Source: an uncultured Fibrobacterota bacterium (GTDB lineage Bacteria > Fibrobacterota > Chitinivibrionia > Chitinivibrionales > FEN-1185). Taken from it: a stretch of 64,000 bases of DNA. How positions within the stretch are numbered: position 1 is the stretch's first letter; each line of letters starts with the position of its first letter. The stretch covers positions 40,599 to 104,598 of the forward strand of contig CAVSQB010000010.1 in the NCBI GenBank assembly GCA_963729895.1, in the 5' to 3' direction. Below the pieces are notes generated by a model. That model was not told where the DNA came from. It saw nothing but the letters and a program-made list of their open reading frames with translations, and did no database searches. The position numbers and the translations under genes were made by a program. Shown in pieces: positions 32,433 to 41,741 of this stretch.

Positions 32433-32993
32433 GTGAGAGAAGCGCAAGACCTGAGGGTCGGAAATACCCTGAAGATAGGAAACGATCTGTTTCTTGTCAC
32501 CAAGTTCAGCTACAACAAGGGCGCCCGGAATGCTTCGATGGTAAAGATGAAGCTCAAAAACCTTTCGACCGGCTCGATAACGGAATCGGTGAACAAGGCG
32601 TCCGATAAGTTCGAGGACGTGGTGCTCGAACGCCGGAAAATGCAGTTTCTCTATTCATCATCAGGCGAATACTATACGTTTATGGACCAGGATGACTACG
32701 AACAAATCGACCTGACCAAGGATGATCTTGGTGACGCTCTCAACTATCTCCAGGAACAGATGATCATCGACGTTGTCATGTTCGAGTCCAAAGCGGTCGG
32801 CGTCGAACTGCCCATCAACGTCGAAACGAAGATATCCTACACGGAACCCGCGGTTCGCGGCGACACCGGCGGCAAGGTGATGAAGATCGCAAAAACCGAC
32901 ACCGGGTACGAGCTTCAGGTGCCGCTCTACGTCAACGCGGGCGACATGATCCGCATCGATACCCGCAACGGCGAATTCGTCGCGCGCGCCTGA
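32433..32993 (+). CDS. efp: Elongation factor P (Arg32 type)
   Basis: NKGARNASMVKMKLKN loop, TEPAVRGDT, IDTR; GTG start behind GGAGG puts Arg at position 32. Confidence 0.96.
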   Translation: MREAQDLRVGNTLKIGNDLFLVTKFSYNKGARNASMVKMKLKNLSTGSITESVNKASDKFEDVVLERRKMQFLYSSSGEYYTFMDQDDYEQIDLTKDDLGDALNYLQEQMIIDVVMFESKAVGVELPINVETKISYTEPAVRGDTGGKVMKIAKTDTGYELQVPLYVNAGDMIRIDTRNGEFVARA

Positions 32994-33147
32994 GACTCGG
33001 GCGTCCCGCCTGTCGGGCACCTGCCGGCACCTTCTTCGGCTGATCGCTGAAGGTCCATCCACCTCGCCTCTTCGGTTGCATTCTTTGTTGGCCCGCCGTT
33101 TTGCAGAAACGGGAAAGCGGTTCAAGGGCGGCTTTTCGCATTAAGAT

Positions 33148-33176
33148 TTGACAAATAGCCTGTGCAAAAATGTAAT
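33148..33176 (+). promoter_or_regulatory. Sigma70-like promoter
   Basis: TTGACA-17 bp-TGTAAT upstream of 33213. Confidence 0.5.
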
Positions 33177-33212
33177 TTCTAACTACACCCACCCTTCCAC
33201 AGGATCGGCACG

Positions 33213-35135
33213 ATGGCCCTATTCGGAAGAAAAGATCCCCTCGACGCCCAAAAAAATATCGACAGGACCACTCAGCTTCTGTCGGACTACAAGCGCATCA
33301 CCGAGCTTTTCAAAGCGCACAAATACATCTCCATCAAGGAAGTGTTCGGCGCTCCACCCGAACGGTATCATCTCCTGTATAAAATTGACGGATTAGAAAA
33401 ATCAAGAAACGCCATTGAGGTGAAAAACGAGCACGTGGTCGAAATTGCGCTGCCGCCCAAGTACCCGTCGGCCGCCCCCGTGTGCAAGCGGGTGACGGCC
33501 CTGTTTCACCCGAACGTGTCCGACGACGGAATTGACATAAAGGAGTACTGGACGCCCGGGACCGCACTTGCCGACCTTATCGTGAGAATCGGCCAGATGA
33601 TCACGTTCCAGAAATACGATACCGCGCATCCCGTTTCCATCGATGCCGCCAAATGGGCCGACAGAAACGCCTCGATGCTGCCCCTGTCAGCGGTTGACCT
33701 GAGCTATGCCCGGCCGGGATTGCCGAAAGAAGATGCGCAGGGCACCAAGGTCATAATTCAGGAACAGCAGCCGGCCCATACGCCGCCGCCGGAAGACGGT
33801 CGCAAAACGGAAGGAATAATCCTGGACGGCGGCACCGAGATCATATCGGTTGAGGGTGAAGTTTCCGAGAGCGTGTCCCAGAATGCGGAAATGCGCAAGA
33901 CGGCCGTGTTGCGGGAGGAAAAGACCGACACGGCGATAATCATCCCCGCCGAGTTTCAGCCGGCGGCGCCCAAAGCGGTTCGACCGGAGAAAGTAACCGC
34001 GTCGGCGGCCAAGAGTGCAGCCCTCCCGCCCGCGCCCCGCTCCCCAGAACCAAAACCTGCGGCGCCAAAAGTTGTTCGGGCTGAACAACCCGCCGCACCG
34101 GCCATGAAGAGCGCCGCACCAGAGCCGAAACCCACGGCGCCTCCCGTTATTCGCACGGAGCAAGCAGCTATGCCTGCCGCAAAGGTCCCTGCACCCGCAC
34201 CCCGCGCCCCCGAGCCCAAACCTGCGGCGCCCTCGATTGTTCGCACAGGGCAAGCAGCCACGCCGGCCGCAAAGGGCCCCGCGCCTGCGTCCCGAGCGCC
34301 CGAGCCCAAACCTGCGGCCCCCGCGATTGTTCGCACGGAGCAAGCGGCCGTACCGGCCGCCGAAAAACCGGCTGTCAAGCCGCAGCCCGCGGAGCCTGCA
34401 GTTGTTCTTACGGAGTTGTCAGCCGCGCCCGCGCCGACATCGCGTGAATCCGAGGCTAAACAGTCTGTTCCCAAAGCGGAAGAAAGGCGGGTCGACGTGT
34501 CCATGCCTGCGGCCCAACGGGATTCTGCCTCCGTCACCACCGAGATTTCCTCTCAAAAAGACGCTGTTTACTGTTCGGCATGCGGGGGCAGGAACGCCTT
34601 GATCGCCAACTTCTGTTCCCACTGCGGGTCAAAACTCCTCCGGGAATCGGTTCCCGCAAAGTGCCCGACAACCAAAGTCCTTATGCTTTCTTTTCTCGTA
34701 TCGGTTCCGGTAGCAATAATTGCAGTGGGTGCAGTGCTCGTTCTTACGCAGCAGAACAGGACGGTTCCACAGAACCCGGAACCGCCACTGGCGGTTCCCC
34801 AGGCGGCTGCGCCTGCCCCGGCCGTTGCCGCCCCGGCGACGGAAAAAGCCGCTCTGCCGAAACAGGACTCCGCAAGCGTCACTCCGCCTGCGCGGCCAAA
34901 CCCGCCCAAGCCTCCCAGGGCCGCTTCGCTCACTGCCGAGCAAAAACAGGCAAAGATAGAGGAAGCCCTCAGGGACGCTCAAACCTACATCAATTTGGGA
35001 TCGTTTGAAGAGGCGTTGAACAAATACATGTTTGTTTTGAAGCTGGACCCAAAGAACGACGATGCTCTCGACGGCCTCAGAACGGTGAGGGACGCCAAAG
35101 ACAAGGCAACTGCCGATTCGGCGAAAACGAAATAG
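33213..35135 (+). CDS. UBC/E2-fold domain + Pro/Ala-rich repeats + zinc ribbon + TM helix + TPR protein
   Basis: IALPPKYPSAAP...LFHPNV...W.P...L.DL UBC pattern; CSACG...FCSHCG; hydrophobic helix; C-terminal TPR (LKLDPKN). Confidence 0.78.
   Translation: MALFGRKDPLDAQKNIDRTTQLLSDYKRITELFKAHKYISIKEVFGAPPERYHLLYKIDGLEKSRNAIEVKNEHVVEIALPPKYPSAAPVCKRVTALFHPNVSDDGIDIKEYWTPGTALADLIVRIGQMITFQKYDTAHPVSIDAAKWADRNASMLPLSAVDLSYARPGLPKEDAQGTKVIIQEQQPAHTPPPEDGRKTEGIILDGGTEIISVEGEVSESVSQNAEMRKTAVLREEKTDTAIIIPAEFQPAAPKAVRPEKVTASAAKSAALPPAPRSPEPKPAAPKVVRAEQPAAPAMKSAAPEPKPTAPPVIRTEQAAMPAAKVPAPAPRAPEPKPAAPSIVRTGQAATPAAKGPAPASRAPEPKPAAPAIVRTEQAAVPAAEKPAVKPQPAEPAVVLTELSAAPAPTSRESEAKQSVPKAEERRVDVSMPAAQRDSASVTTEISSQKDAVYCSACGGRNALIANFCSHCGSKLLRESVPAKCPTTKVLMLSFLVSVPVAIIAVGAVLVLTQQNRTVPQNPEPPLAVPQAAAPAPAVAAPATEKAALPKQDSASVTPPARPNPPKPPRAASLTAEQKQAKIEEALRDAQTYINLGSFEEALNKYMFVLKLDPKNDDALDGLRTVRDAKDKATADSAKTK
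33955..34420 (+). repeat. Intragenic tandem repeats of about 24-30 aa (PEPKPAAP.IVRTEQAA.PAAK)
   Basis: Four clear and further degenerate copies in the translation. Confidence 0.8.
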
Positions 35136-35151
35136 CCTTGGGGAGTCGCCC

Positions 35152-35607
35152 ATGCACCGCCGTGCCGGAACAGTCATTGCGTTCTTGATCTATTCCACAG
35201 CGGCCCTGTGCGGTTCCGATGTTTCCGGCGAGCTCAAACAGCTGCTCAAGGAACGGATCGACGCCATTTCCACCAGAGACACCGCGGTCTTGAGCAGGAT
35301 CTGCACCAAGGATTATCAGGTGATCGGCTCCGCAGGCGAGAAAATGACGCTTGCGGATCTCAAACAGGCCGTCATGCAGACGGAAACGCCGGTAAAACTC
35401 ACGACGATTCTCAGCTATCAACCATTTATTGCGGAAGACGAATCGATGGCGTTCGCCACGTTCGAAATCGAAGAGGAAGTGGTACTAGACAAGCAGGACA
35501 TCGTCAAGAACAGCCTTATCATCACCGAGATTTACAAGAAAGACAAGAGCAGGTGGAAGATCCAGCTCACGCATACCTCGCAGAAGATCTGCCTCCTTCC
35601 CGACTGA
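35152..35607 (+). CDS. Secreted NTF2-like (DUF4440/SnoaL) protein
   Basis: Signal peptide; DAISTRDTAVLSRICTKDY...TEIYKK...WKIQLTHTS. Confidence 0.72.
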   Translation: MHRRAGTVIAFLIYSTAALCGSDVSGELKQLLKERIDAISTRDTAVLSRICTKDYQVIGSAGEKMTLADLKQAVMQTETPVKLTTILSYQPFIAEDESMAFATFEIEEEVVLDKQDIVKNSLIITEIYKKDKSRWKIQLTHTSQKICLLPD

Positions 35608-35695
35608 CGGCAGTGCCTCCGGGCTCCGTCACCGTGCTCTTCCCCGCCGGATACCGGTCCTTTCCTGAGGATAAAAACCGCCGGGCGGGCCGCGG

Positions 35696-37861
35696 CTATT
35701 TTTCCCGTACGCCGTGGTTTTTTGCCAGCACCTCAAGGGCATTCTTTGCCTGAGTGCAGCCCGGCTCAAGCGCGAGCGCTTCCCGGAATTGCCGGGTAGC
35801 GTCTTCGCTCCTGCCCATGACGGCCAGGAGGTTTCCGTAGTTCAGGTGCGCGTCCAGGTACAACGAGTCCAGGCGCAGCGCCCGGGCGTACTCAACAAGT
35901 GCGCCGGCCTGGTTTCCTGTGCCCGCCATGGCCCTCGCGAGATCGGCATGCGCCTCGGCGCTCTTCGGGTTCAGGCGCACGGCCTCCCTGAAATGAGGCT
36001 CGGCGTCGCCGATTTTACCCTGCATGGCCAGCGCGACGCCCAGGTTGATATGTGCAACGGCCAGATCCGGCCTGATCCGCAGCGCCCGGGTGAAGCAATC
36101 GATCGCCTCGTCGAGTTTACCCTGGTCTGCGGCGAGCCTGCCCAGGCCGCACAGCGCCGGAACGGAAGCCGGCGCCGCCCGCAGGGCGTCCTTGTATTTG
36201 TCAACAGCCTCGGCGGTCCTGCCTTTTCGTGCGAGAATATCTCCCATGTTGGCGAGCGCACCTGCATCGTGTGGGCTGCGGCGCAGGCCTTCTTCGTATT
36301 CGTCGAGCGCCTCCCCGTCTTTTTTAAGGCCCGCCAACGCGGCCGCACAATTGAAATGCGCTTCGGCCAGGTCGGGGGCCACGCCCAGCGCCTTCCGGTA
36401 GTACGCAAGCGCCTCATTTGTTTTCCCCTTTCGCGCAAGCGCAATCCCGAGGTTGTTGAACACGTCGTACCGGACGCCGGTATCGTATGGCCTTGCGGCC
36501 AGCGCCTGCTCAAAACTTGCGATGGCCGCATCCGTTTTTCCCTGGGCGGACAACGCCACACCCATGTTGAGATAGGCCACATCGTTGTTCCTCGTGACCG
36601 CCGCGGCATGTCCGAAAAGCGCCACGCTGTCCTTCCAATATCCGGCCTGTGCGTGCGTCAAAACCATGAGCACGATGACAACGGCCGCAGCCGCGGCGCA
36701 CAATGCTTGCCGGCGATAGCGCCATTGCGCCAGCGCTTCCGGCGCGCCCCAGGCAATCATGATGAATATCCCGATAGACGGGACATAGGTGTACCTGTCG
36801 GCCATGGACTGCAGCCCGACCTGCACCAGCCCGATAACCGGCACGAGCGTGCCGAGATACCACAGCCATCCGGCGAGCAGGAAAGGCATGCGCCGCGCCG
36901 TTTTCAGGCATACCGCCGATATCGCAATCACCACGCACAACGAAACAAGCACGGCAGTAACCGGGAGCCGTGGAGGAAAAGGATAGAAACACGCCAAGTT
37001 GACGGGCAGGACAATCTTCCAGAGATAGGCGCCGTACGAAAGAGCCGCGTTCGCCGTTCTTTCCACAAGGGAAAGACTCGCCGTGGCCACAACGGCGTTT
37101 TTGCTGCTTTGTGCAACATATGCAACACCGCACGAAGCAATCGACATGATGAACAAGGGTATCTTTTCGAGCACCAGCCGCCGCCAGGCGGACCACAACG
37201 CCCTCTGTGCGGCCGCGCCGCCCGTGATCGCAGGAACCCGGCAAAGCGGCCACACGTCAAGCACGAGCAAGACGAACGGAAGCGTCACCAGCATGGGCTT
37301 TGCCATGAGTCCCAGGGCAAAGCATATTGCGGAGGCCCCATACCAGGCGCGCGACCTTCGCCTTGCATACTGAACGTAACACAGAGTGGTACACAGCAAG
37401 AGCATGGTGCTCAGAACGTCCTTGCGTTCCGAAATCCACGCCACCGACTCCACGTGCAGCGGATGCAAAGCGAATAGCGCAGCCGCAAATCCGCTCTTCC
37501 ACCCGGACCCGGTTGCCGTCCACAGAAGATAAAACAACAGAATAACATTTCCAATATGGAAAGCAAGATTCACCAGATGTGCGGCCCCGGGCCTGGGCCC
37601 GAATACCGTGCAGTCGAGCATATGCGACACCCAGGTGAGCGGATGCCAGTTGCCGGTTTCGAACGTGGAAAAAGCCCACGCAAGGTTCCTGGGGGTTACG
37701 CCGGAAAGCACGTGCGGGTTTGCGGTGACATAGAGTTCATCGTCGTAACTGACAAGAGAGGAAGCGCGCGCCGTTTGCCAATACGGAACAGCGGTGGCAA
37801 TGCACAGGAGTGCGCACACGGCGGCGAATGGAAAATGAGGGCCGACCCGGCTCGTGTTCAT
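35696..37861 (-). CDS. TMTC-like GT-C membrane glycosyltransferase with TPR repeats
   Basis: YDD..YV..N, NWHPLTW.SH, HPLHVESVAWISERKDVL and ADRYTY motifs; many TM helices; TPR tail; start uncertain (37927 possible). Confidence 0.85.
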   Translation of the reverse strand: MNTSRVGPHFPFAAVCALLCIATAVPYWQTARASSLVSYDDELYVTANPHVLSGVTPRNLAWAFSTFETGNWHPLTWVSHMLDCTVFGPRPGAAHLVNLAFHIGNVILLFYLLWTATGSGWKSGFAAALFALHPLHVESVAWISERKDVLSTMLLLCTTLCYVQYARRRSRAWYGASAICFALGLMAKPMLVTLPFVLLVLDVWPLCRVPAITGGAAAQRALWSAWRRLVLEKIPLFIMSIASCGVAYVAQSSKNAVVATASLSLVERTANAALSYGAYLWKIVLPVNLACFYPFPPRLPVTAVLVSLCVVIAISAVCLKTARRMPFLLAGWLWYLGTLVPVIGLVQVGLQSMADRYTYVPSIGIFIMIAWGAPEALAQWRYRRQALCAAAAAVVIVLMVLTHAQAGYWKDSVALFGHAAAVTRNNDVAYLNMGVALSAQGKTDAAIASFEQALAARPYDTGVRYDVFNNLGIALARKGKTNEALAYYRKALGVAPDLAEAHFNCAAALAGLKKDGEALDEYEEGLRRSPHDAGALANMGDILARKGRTAEAVDKYKDALRAAPASVPALCGLGRLAADQGKLDEAIDCFTRALRIRPDLAVAHINLGVALAMQGKIGDAEPHFREAVRLNPKSAEAHADLARAMAGTGNQAGALVEYARALRLDSLYLDAHLNYGNLLAVMGRSEDATRQFREALALEPGCTQAKNALEVLAKNHGVREK

Positions 37862-37916
37862 GCGGCGTATAGTAACAGGGGACCCGCCGGTGCGCGGGGC
37901 CTGTTCTCCTGCTGAG

Positions 37917-39167
37917 TCATCTAACAATCGGGACGATCTTTACAAGTGAGTACGTTCCGGCCTGCATCCTGACTGAATAATAACCGCTTGGAAGACTTCG
38001 CGCGTCCCAGGACGTGCGGTAACATCCCGACGAGAGACGGTCATTCACCAGAGATGCTATCCTCTGTCCGGAAAGGTCATAAATTCCGATGAACACCTGA
38101 TCTGAATGCGGAAGAGAAAATTCAATGGTTGCGTTCGACCGAGTACGGCATGGAGGTTGAATATTCAATTGCACGAACTTCAGCAACCTTCCCGGCTGCG
38201 TGCGATGGAGAACCCCTGCCAGTTCGGCAAGCGGTCTGGAATACAGCCCGCCCCCGGTCCCGGCAAAGACGGTGCTCCCGTCCACGGCAAGAGACAGGAT
38301 GGTGCTGTTGGTGAGGCCGGGCGAGATACCGGAATCGACCGCGCTCCAGCTCGCTCCGTTGTTGGCGGACTGGTAGATGCCGTCGCCGTCGGTCCCCGCA
38401 AAAATTCTTCCGTTGGTCGCGGCAAGGCACCAGATGTAAAGAGAACCGGCCCTCTCACCCGAGAGACCGGAATTGGCCGGACTCCAGCTTGTTCCGTTGT
38501 CGGTGGAAAGGTAAACGCCGTTGCCGTCGGTCCCCGCAAAAACAGTGTTGCCGCTCACCGCAAGAGACCAGACGGTACTGTGGGGAAGGCCGGAATCAGC
38601 CGCGGTCCAGCTTGCGCCGTTATTGGCGGACAAGAAGATGCCGCTGTCGGTCCCCGCAAAAATGGCGCCGCCGCCTGCGGCAAGACACCAGATACGGGCA
38701 TTTGCAAGCCCGGAATCAACCGCCGTCCAGCTTGTGCCGTTGTCGGCGGACCGGAAGATACCGCCTTTAGTCCCTGCAAAAAGAGCGCCGTCGCTCTGGG
38801 CAAAACACGTGATTCCGGAATTTGTGAGGCCGGAATCAACCGCGGTCCAGCTTGTGCCGTTGTTGGCGGACAAGAAGATGCCGCTGTCGGTCCCCGCAAA
38901 AATGGTGCCGCCGCTTGCGGTAAGGGACATTACCGCCGGGGTTACAAGCCCGGAATCAACCGCGGTCCAGCTTAAGCCGCTGTCGGCGGACCGGAAGATG
39001 CCGCTGTTGGTCCCTGCGTAGATGTTGCTGCCGCTGACGGCAAGGGACCAGATGAGAAAATCGCTCCCACCGGGGCCGGATTTGACAGCAGTCCATTGGG
39101 CGCCCGCGGTGTGCACGAACAGCACCGTGATTCCCATAACGACGATGATCCCGAGAATCTTTTTCGT
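37917..39167 (-). CDS. Secreted BNR-repeat beta-propeller with C-terminal sorting-type domain
   Basis: 40-aa repeats IFAGTDSGIF.S.DNG.SW; CTD IYDLSGQRIA...SGYYSVRM; the signal peptide starts at an ACG codon. Confidence 0.8.
   Translation of the reverse strand, partial: TKKILGIIVVMGITVLFVHTAGAQWTAVKSGPGGSDFLIWSLAVSGSNIYAGTNSGIFRSADSGLSWTAVDSGLVTPAVMSLTASGGTIFAGTDSGIFLSANNGTSWTAVDSGLTNSGITCFAQSDGALFAGTKGGIFRSADNGTSWTAVDSGLANARIWCLAAGGGAIFAGTDSGIFLSANNGASWTAADSGLPHSTVWSLAVSGNTVFAGTDGNGVYLSTDNGTSWSPANSGLSGERAGSLYIWCLAATNGRIFAGTDGDGIYQSANNGASWSAVDSGISPGLTNSTILSLAVDGSTVFAGTGGGLYSRPLAELAGVLHRTQPGRLLKFVQLNIQPPCRTRSNATIEFSLPHSDQVFIGIYDLSGQRIASLVNDRLSSGCYRTSWDARSLPSGYYSVRMQAGTYSLVKIVPIVR
38330..39050. 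repeat. Intragenic tandem repeats of about 120 bp
   Basis: CGGAATCAACCGC recurs at 120-bp spacing (about 38711, 38831, 38951). Confidence 0.85.
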
Positions 39168-39509
39168 AGGAGCCTCTTGTACCGTTGAACAGGCGTTGGA
39201 ATGGATATAAAATAATTTCAAACAAGAAAGGGCGGGCCGTCAAAGAATCACGGCCACGGCCCCTTTCTTTTCGTAAAGGACCCCGGAGCGCAACCGCCAT
39301 GGCGCCGGGAATTTTCCGGCAGAAAACGGTTTTTTGCAAAACGTGTTCACTTTTGGCAAATGGAATTATATATTGTAGTCAAACCCGATAGTCAAGGACC
39401 GGCTGCCGTTGACACTGAGCGTACCCGAAAGACAGGCGTTCATGGGGTGACCTGGTGCCGGTCCTTCGCGGTTACTTTGAACCTTTTCCTTAATCCCGAG
39501 GGGTGTGGT

Positions 39510-41345
39510 ATGAAACGGATCCCTGCTCTCTTTATCGCGTTTGCGGTGACCGCGAGTTTATGCGGCACATTGTTCGCCCAAACAACTCAGCAAAAACTCG
39601 TTGCGTACTGGTCATTCGATTCAGCCTCGGGCCGTACGTTCTACGATGTCACGGGCCACGGGTACAACGCCTCCTGGACAGGCTCGGGCGTCGGCCAGGC
39701 GCCCGGCGTCGTTGGCCAGGCGCTTTCCTGCTCAGGCACCTCGTATGAGTTAACGGTTGCGAATTCCCAGGACAGTTTCGCCCTGAACAATGTGACCATT
39801 GAGGCTTGGTATAACACCGACAGTATGATGGATGCCTTTATATTGGATTACCAGTACGTGGCGGAGGGAGTTTACAACGGGTATGGCCTGGATGTTCACA
39901 GCAACGGCACCGCCGAACTCGGCATATCGAACTCGTCCAAGAACGGTTGGATCTCGGCTATTTCGACCACTGCCATGGCAAAGGGAAAATGGTATCATCT
40001 TGCCGCAACCTACGACGGAGCCGCTGCCCGCGTTTTTGTGAACGGAACTATGGAAAGCCAGACGGCGTATTCCGGCGGCATCGGGTACCCTGTGGGGGAA
40101 AATGCACGCATCGCCTGCCAAACGCTGATGGGCGGTGTCATCCGGCTTTTCGACAAAGGAAGAATCGACGAGCTCAAGCTGTACAACTACGCGTTGAGCG
40201 CAGACAGCATTAAAGCCCATTTTCTTGCCGCCAGGCCGCCTTCGCCGGTCCTGGTTCCCTGCATGCCCAACCCCACGTACAACCGGGAGCCCGCTTTCAG
40301 GTGGCTTACCACGCCGGGCATCGCGGTTTACCGGCTGCAGATCGACACTCTCCAACTCTTTCCGTCTCCGATTGTTTCGATTCCGCTCTCAGACACCTTT
40401 TACACGCCGGGGGTCAATCTTCCTGTAAAGACAATCTACTGGCGGGTATGCAACGACGCGGACCTGTCGACGTGGTCTGCGACATCGTCGGTCACCATTC
40501 TCGATTCGTTGACACCCCTGCTTATTCCGTACACTCCCGACCCCACCCTTGATCGCCGGCCCACGCTTATGTGGCATCCGGTAAAGGGGTCAGCCTCCTA
40601 CGCCATTCAAATCAACAACAATCCGGGTTTCGCTTCGCCGCTCATTTCCGACATTACCTCCGACACCTTCTATACGCCTGGCGCCGATTTGCCAGTGGGC
40701 GTGATCGACTGGCGCGTGAAGTCCGCAGCCGGAACGCAATATTCCCCGGCCGACACCTTTGTCATTCAGAACGATTCCGTTCCTCTTCTGATCCCTGTTT
40801 CCCCAGACACGCAGTCCACGCGAAGGCCCGTCCTCGCCTGGCATCCGGCCGTTGGAGCCACCGCTTACAGGCTCCAGATTGACACAGTGGGAAATTTTGC
40901 CAACCCGGTCATTTCCCTGCCGCTGTCCGACACGTTCTACGTTCCCCAGGCCGATTTTCCCATGGGAAAACTGTTCTGGAGGGTAAGCGCGGGAACCGGC
41001 GGCACCATGTATTCGGCGGTCGATATATTCTGGATTCTCATCACGTCCGCCGAGCGGCAGGCCGGCGCTTTGAGCCCTGCCCGTCTGTTGTCCGTGTTCT
41101 CGACCGGGTGGGACCGCGGGATCGGCGTCGCGTATACCGTTGACAAACCGTGCGGTGTCTCGTTTGACGTGTTCTCGCTGGCCGGGAAGCAGGTTGCCAC
41201 GCTGTACTCGGCAACCAGCGCTCCCGGGATGTACCGGTTTTCCTGGACCAATGGCGACAAAGGGACTACCTTGACAAAAGGTGGGTACGTTCTGAGGTGC
41301 AGGGTCGGCGAAAGGGTGCTTGCGAAGCGGATACTACTGATGTAG
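39510..41345 (+). CDS. Secreted LamG + three FN3-like repeats + C-terminal sorting-type domain
   Basis: LVAYWSFD, WYHLAATYDG, GRIDELKLYN; three repeats ending in WRV. Confidence 0.85.
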   Translation: MKRIPALFIAFAVTASLCGTLFAQTTQQKLVAYWSFDSASGRTFYDVTGHGYNASWTGSGVGQAPGVVGQALSCSGTSYELTVANSQDSFALNNVTIEAWYNTDSMMDAFILDYQYVAEGVYNGYGLDVHSNGTAELGISNSSKNGWISAISTTAMAKGKWYHLAATYDGAAARVFVNGTMESQTAYSGGIGYPVGENARIACQTLMGGVIRLFDKGRIDELKLYNYALSADSIKAHFLAARPPSPVLVPCMPNPTYNREPAFRWLTTPGIAVYRLQIDTLQLFPSPIVSIPLSDTFYTPGVNLPVKTIYWRVCNDADLSTWSATSSVTILDSLTPLLIPYTPDPTLDRRPTLMWHPVKGSASYAIQINNNPGFASPLISDITSDTFYTPGADLPVGVIDWRVKSAAGTQYSPADTFVIQNDSVPLLIPVSPDTQSTRRPVLAWHPAVGATAYRLQIDTVGNFANPVISLPLSDTFYVPQADFPMGKLFWRVSAGTGGTMYSAVDIFWILITSAERQAGALSPARLLSVFSTGWDRGIGVAYTVDKPCGVSFDVFSLAGKQVATLYSATSAPGMYRFSWTNGDKGTTLTKGGYVLRCRVGERVLAKRILLM

Positions 41346-41421
41346 AAGCCGTTGGTGAGGTTCGAGGGTAAAGTTTTTTCTCACGCCGTAAACGATCCGC
41401 AGCGGGAGCCTGTTGATAGTG

Positions 41422-41455
41422 CGGGAGCACGGTTGTGCACGACCGTGCTCCTGCA
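41422..41455. terminator. Hairpin downstream of the LamG gene
   Basis: GCGGGAGCACGGTTG-TGCA-CGACCGTGCTCCTGC. Confidence 0.5.
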
Positions 41456-41489
41456 ACATCTCACCGAACAAAGATTGTTCCTTCCGCCC

Positions 41490-41741
41490 TCACCGTACCG
41501 TGTTTCCCGTCCGGAATTGAGCAAGATAGGGATGACCGGCACCCTGGCCGGCGCTGGTGAAGGAGCCCCCTACATATATGGATGTTCCATTCTCGGCGAT
41601 TGAATAGACTTGGTTATTTGCGCTTGGATTCCAGTCCAAAACATTTCCTGTAGCTATGTCCAATGCAGCGATATTGCTGCGCCTCTGGCCTCTAAAGTTA
41701 AAGAACCGTCCCCCTACGTAGAATTTACCTTTATCTCTGAC
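41490..41741 (-). pseudogene. 3' fragment of a beta-propeller gene cut by IS4
   Basis: Reads VRDKGKFYVGGRFF...NIAALDIATGNVLDWNPSANNQVYSIAENGTSIYVGGSFTS...stop; no start codon; abuts the IS end. Confidence 0.75.

Noticed and set aside
33955..34420. CRISPR or non-coding repeat array
   Set aside because: The repeats are in frame and encode a Pro/Ala-rich linker.
33213..35135. Complete bacterial ubiquitination or defence operon
   Set aside because: No E1, Ubl, JAB or cyclase gene was recognised nearby, and the E2 catalytic Cys is absent.
35714..37477. Long antisense ORFs (also 18125-19570, 52754-54340, 61026-62597)
   Set aside because: Shadow frames of well-supported genes in GC-rich DNA, with no recognisable motifs.
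38330..39050. CRISPR-like array
   Set aside because: The 120-bp period is in-frame propeller coding repeat with no unique spacers, and no cas genes were seen.
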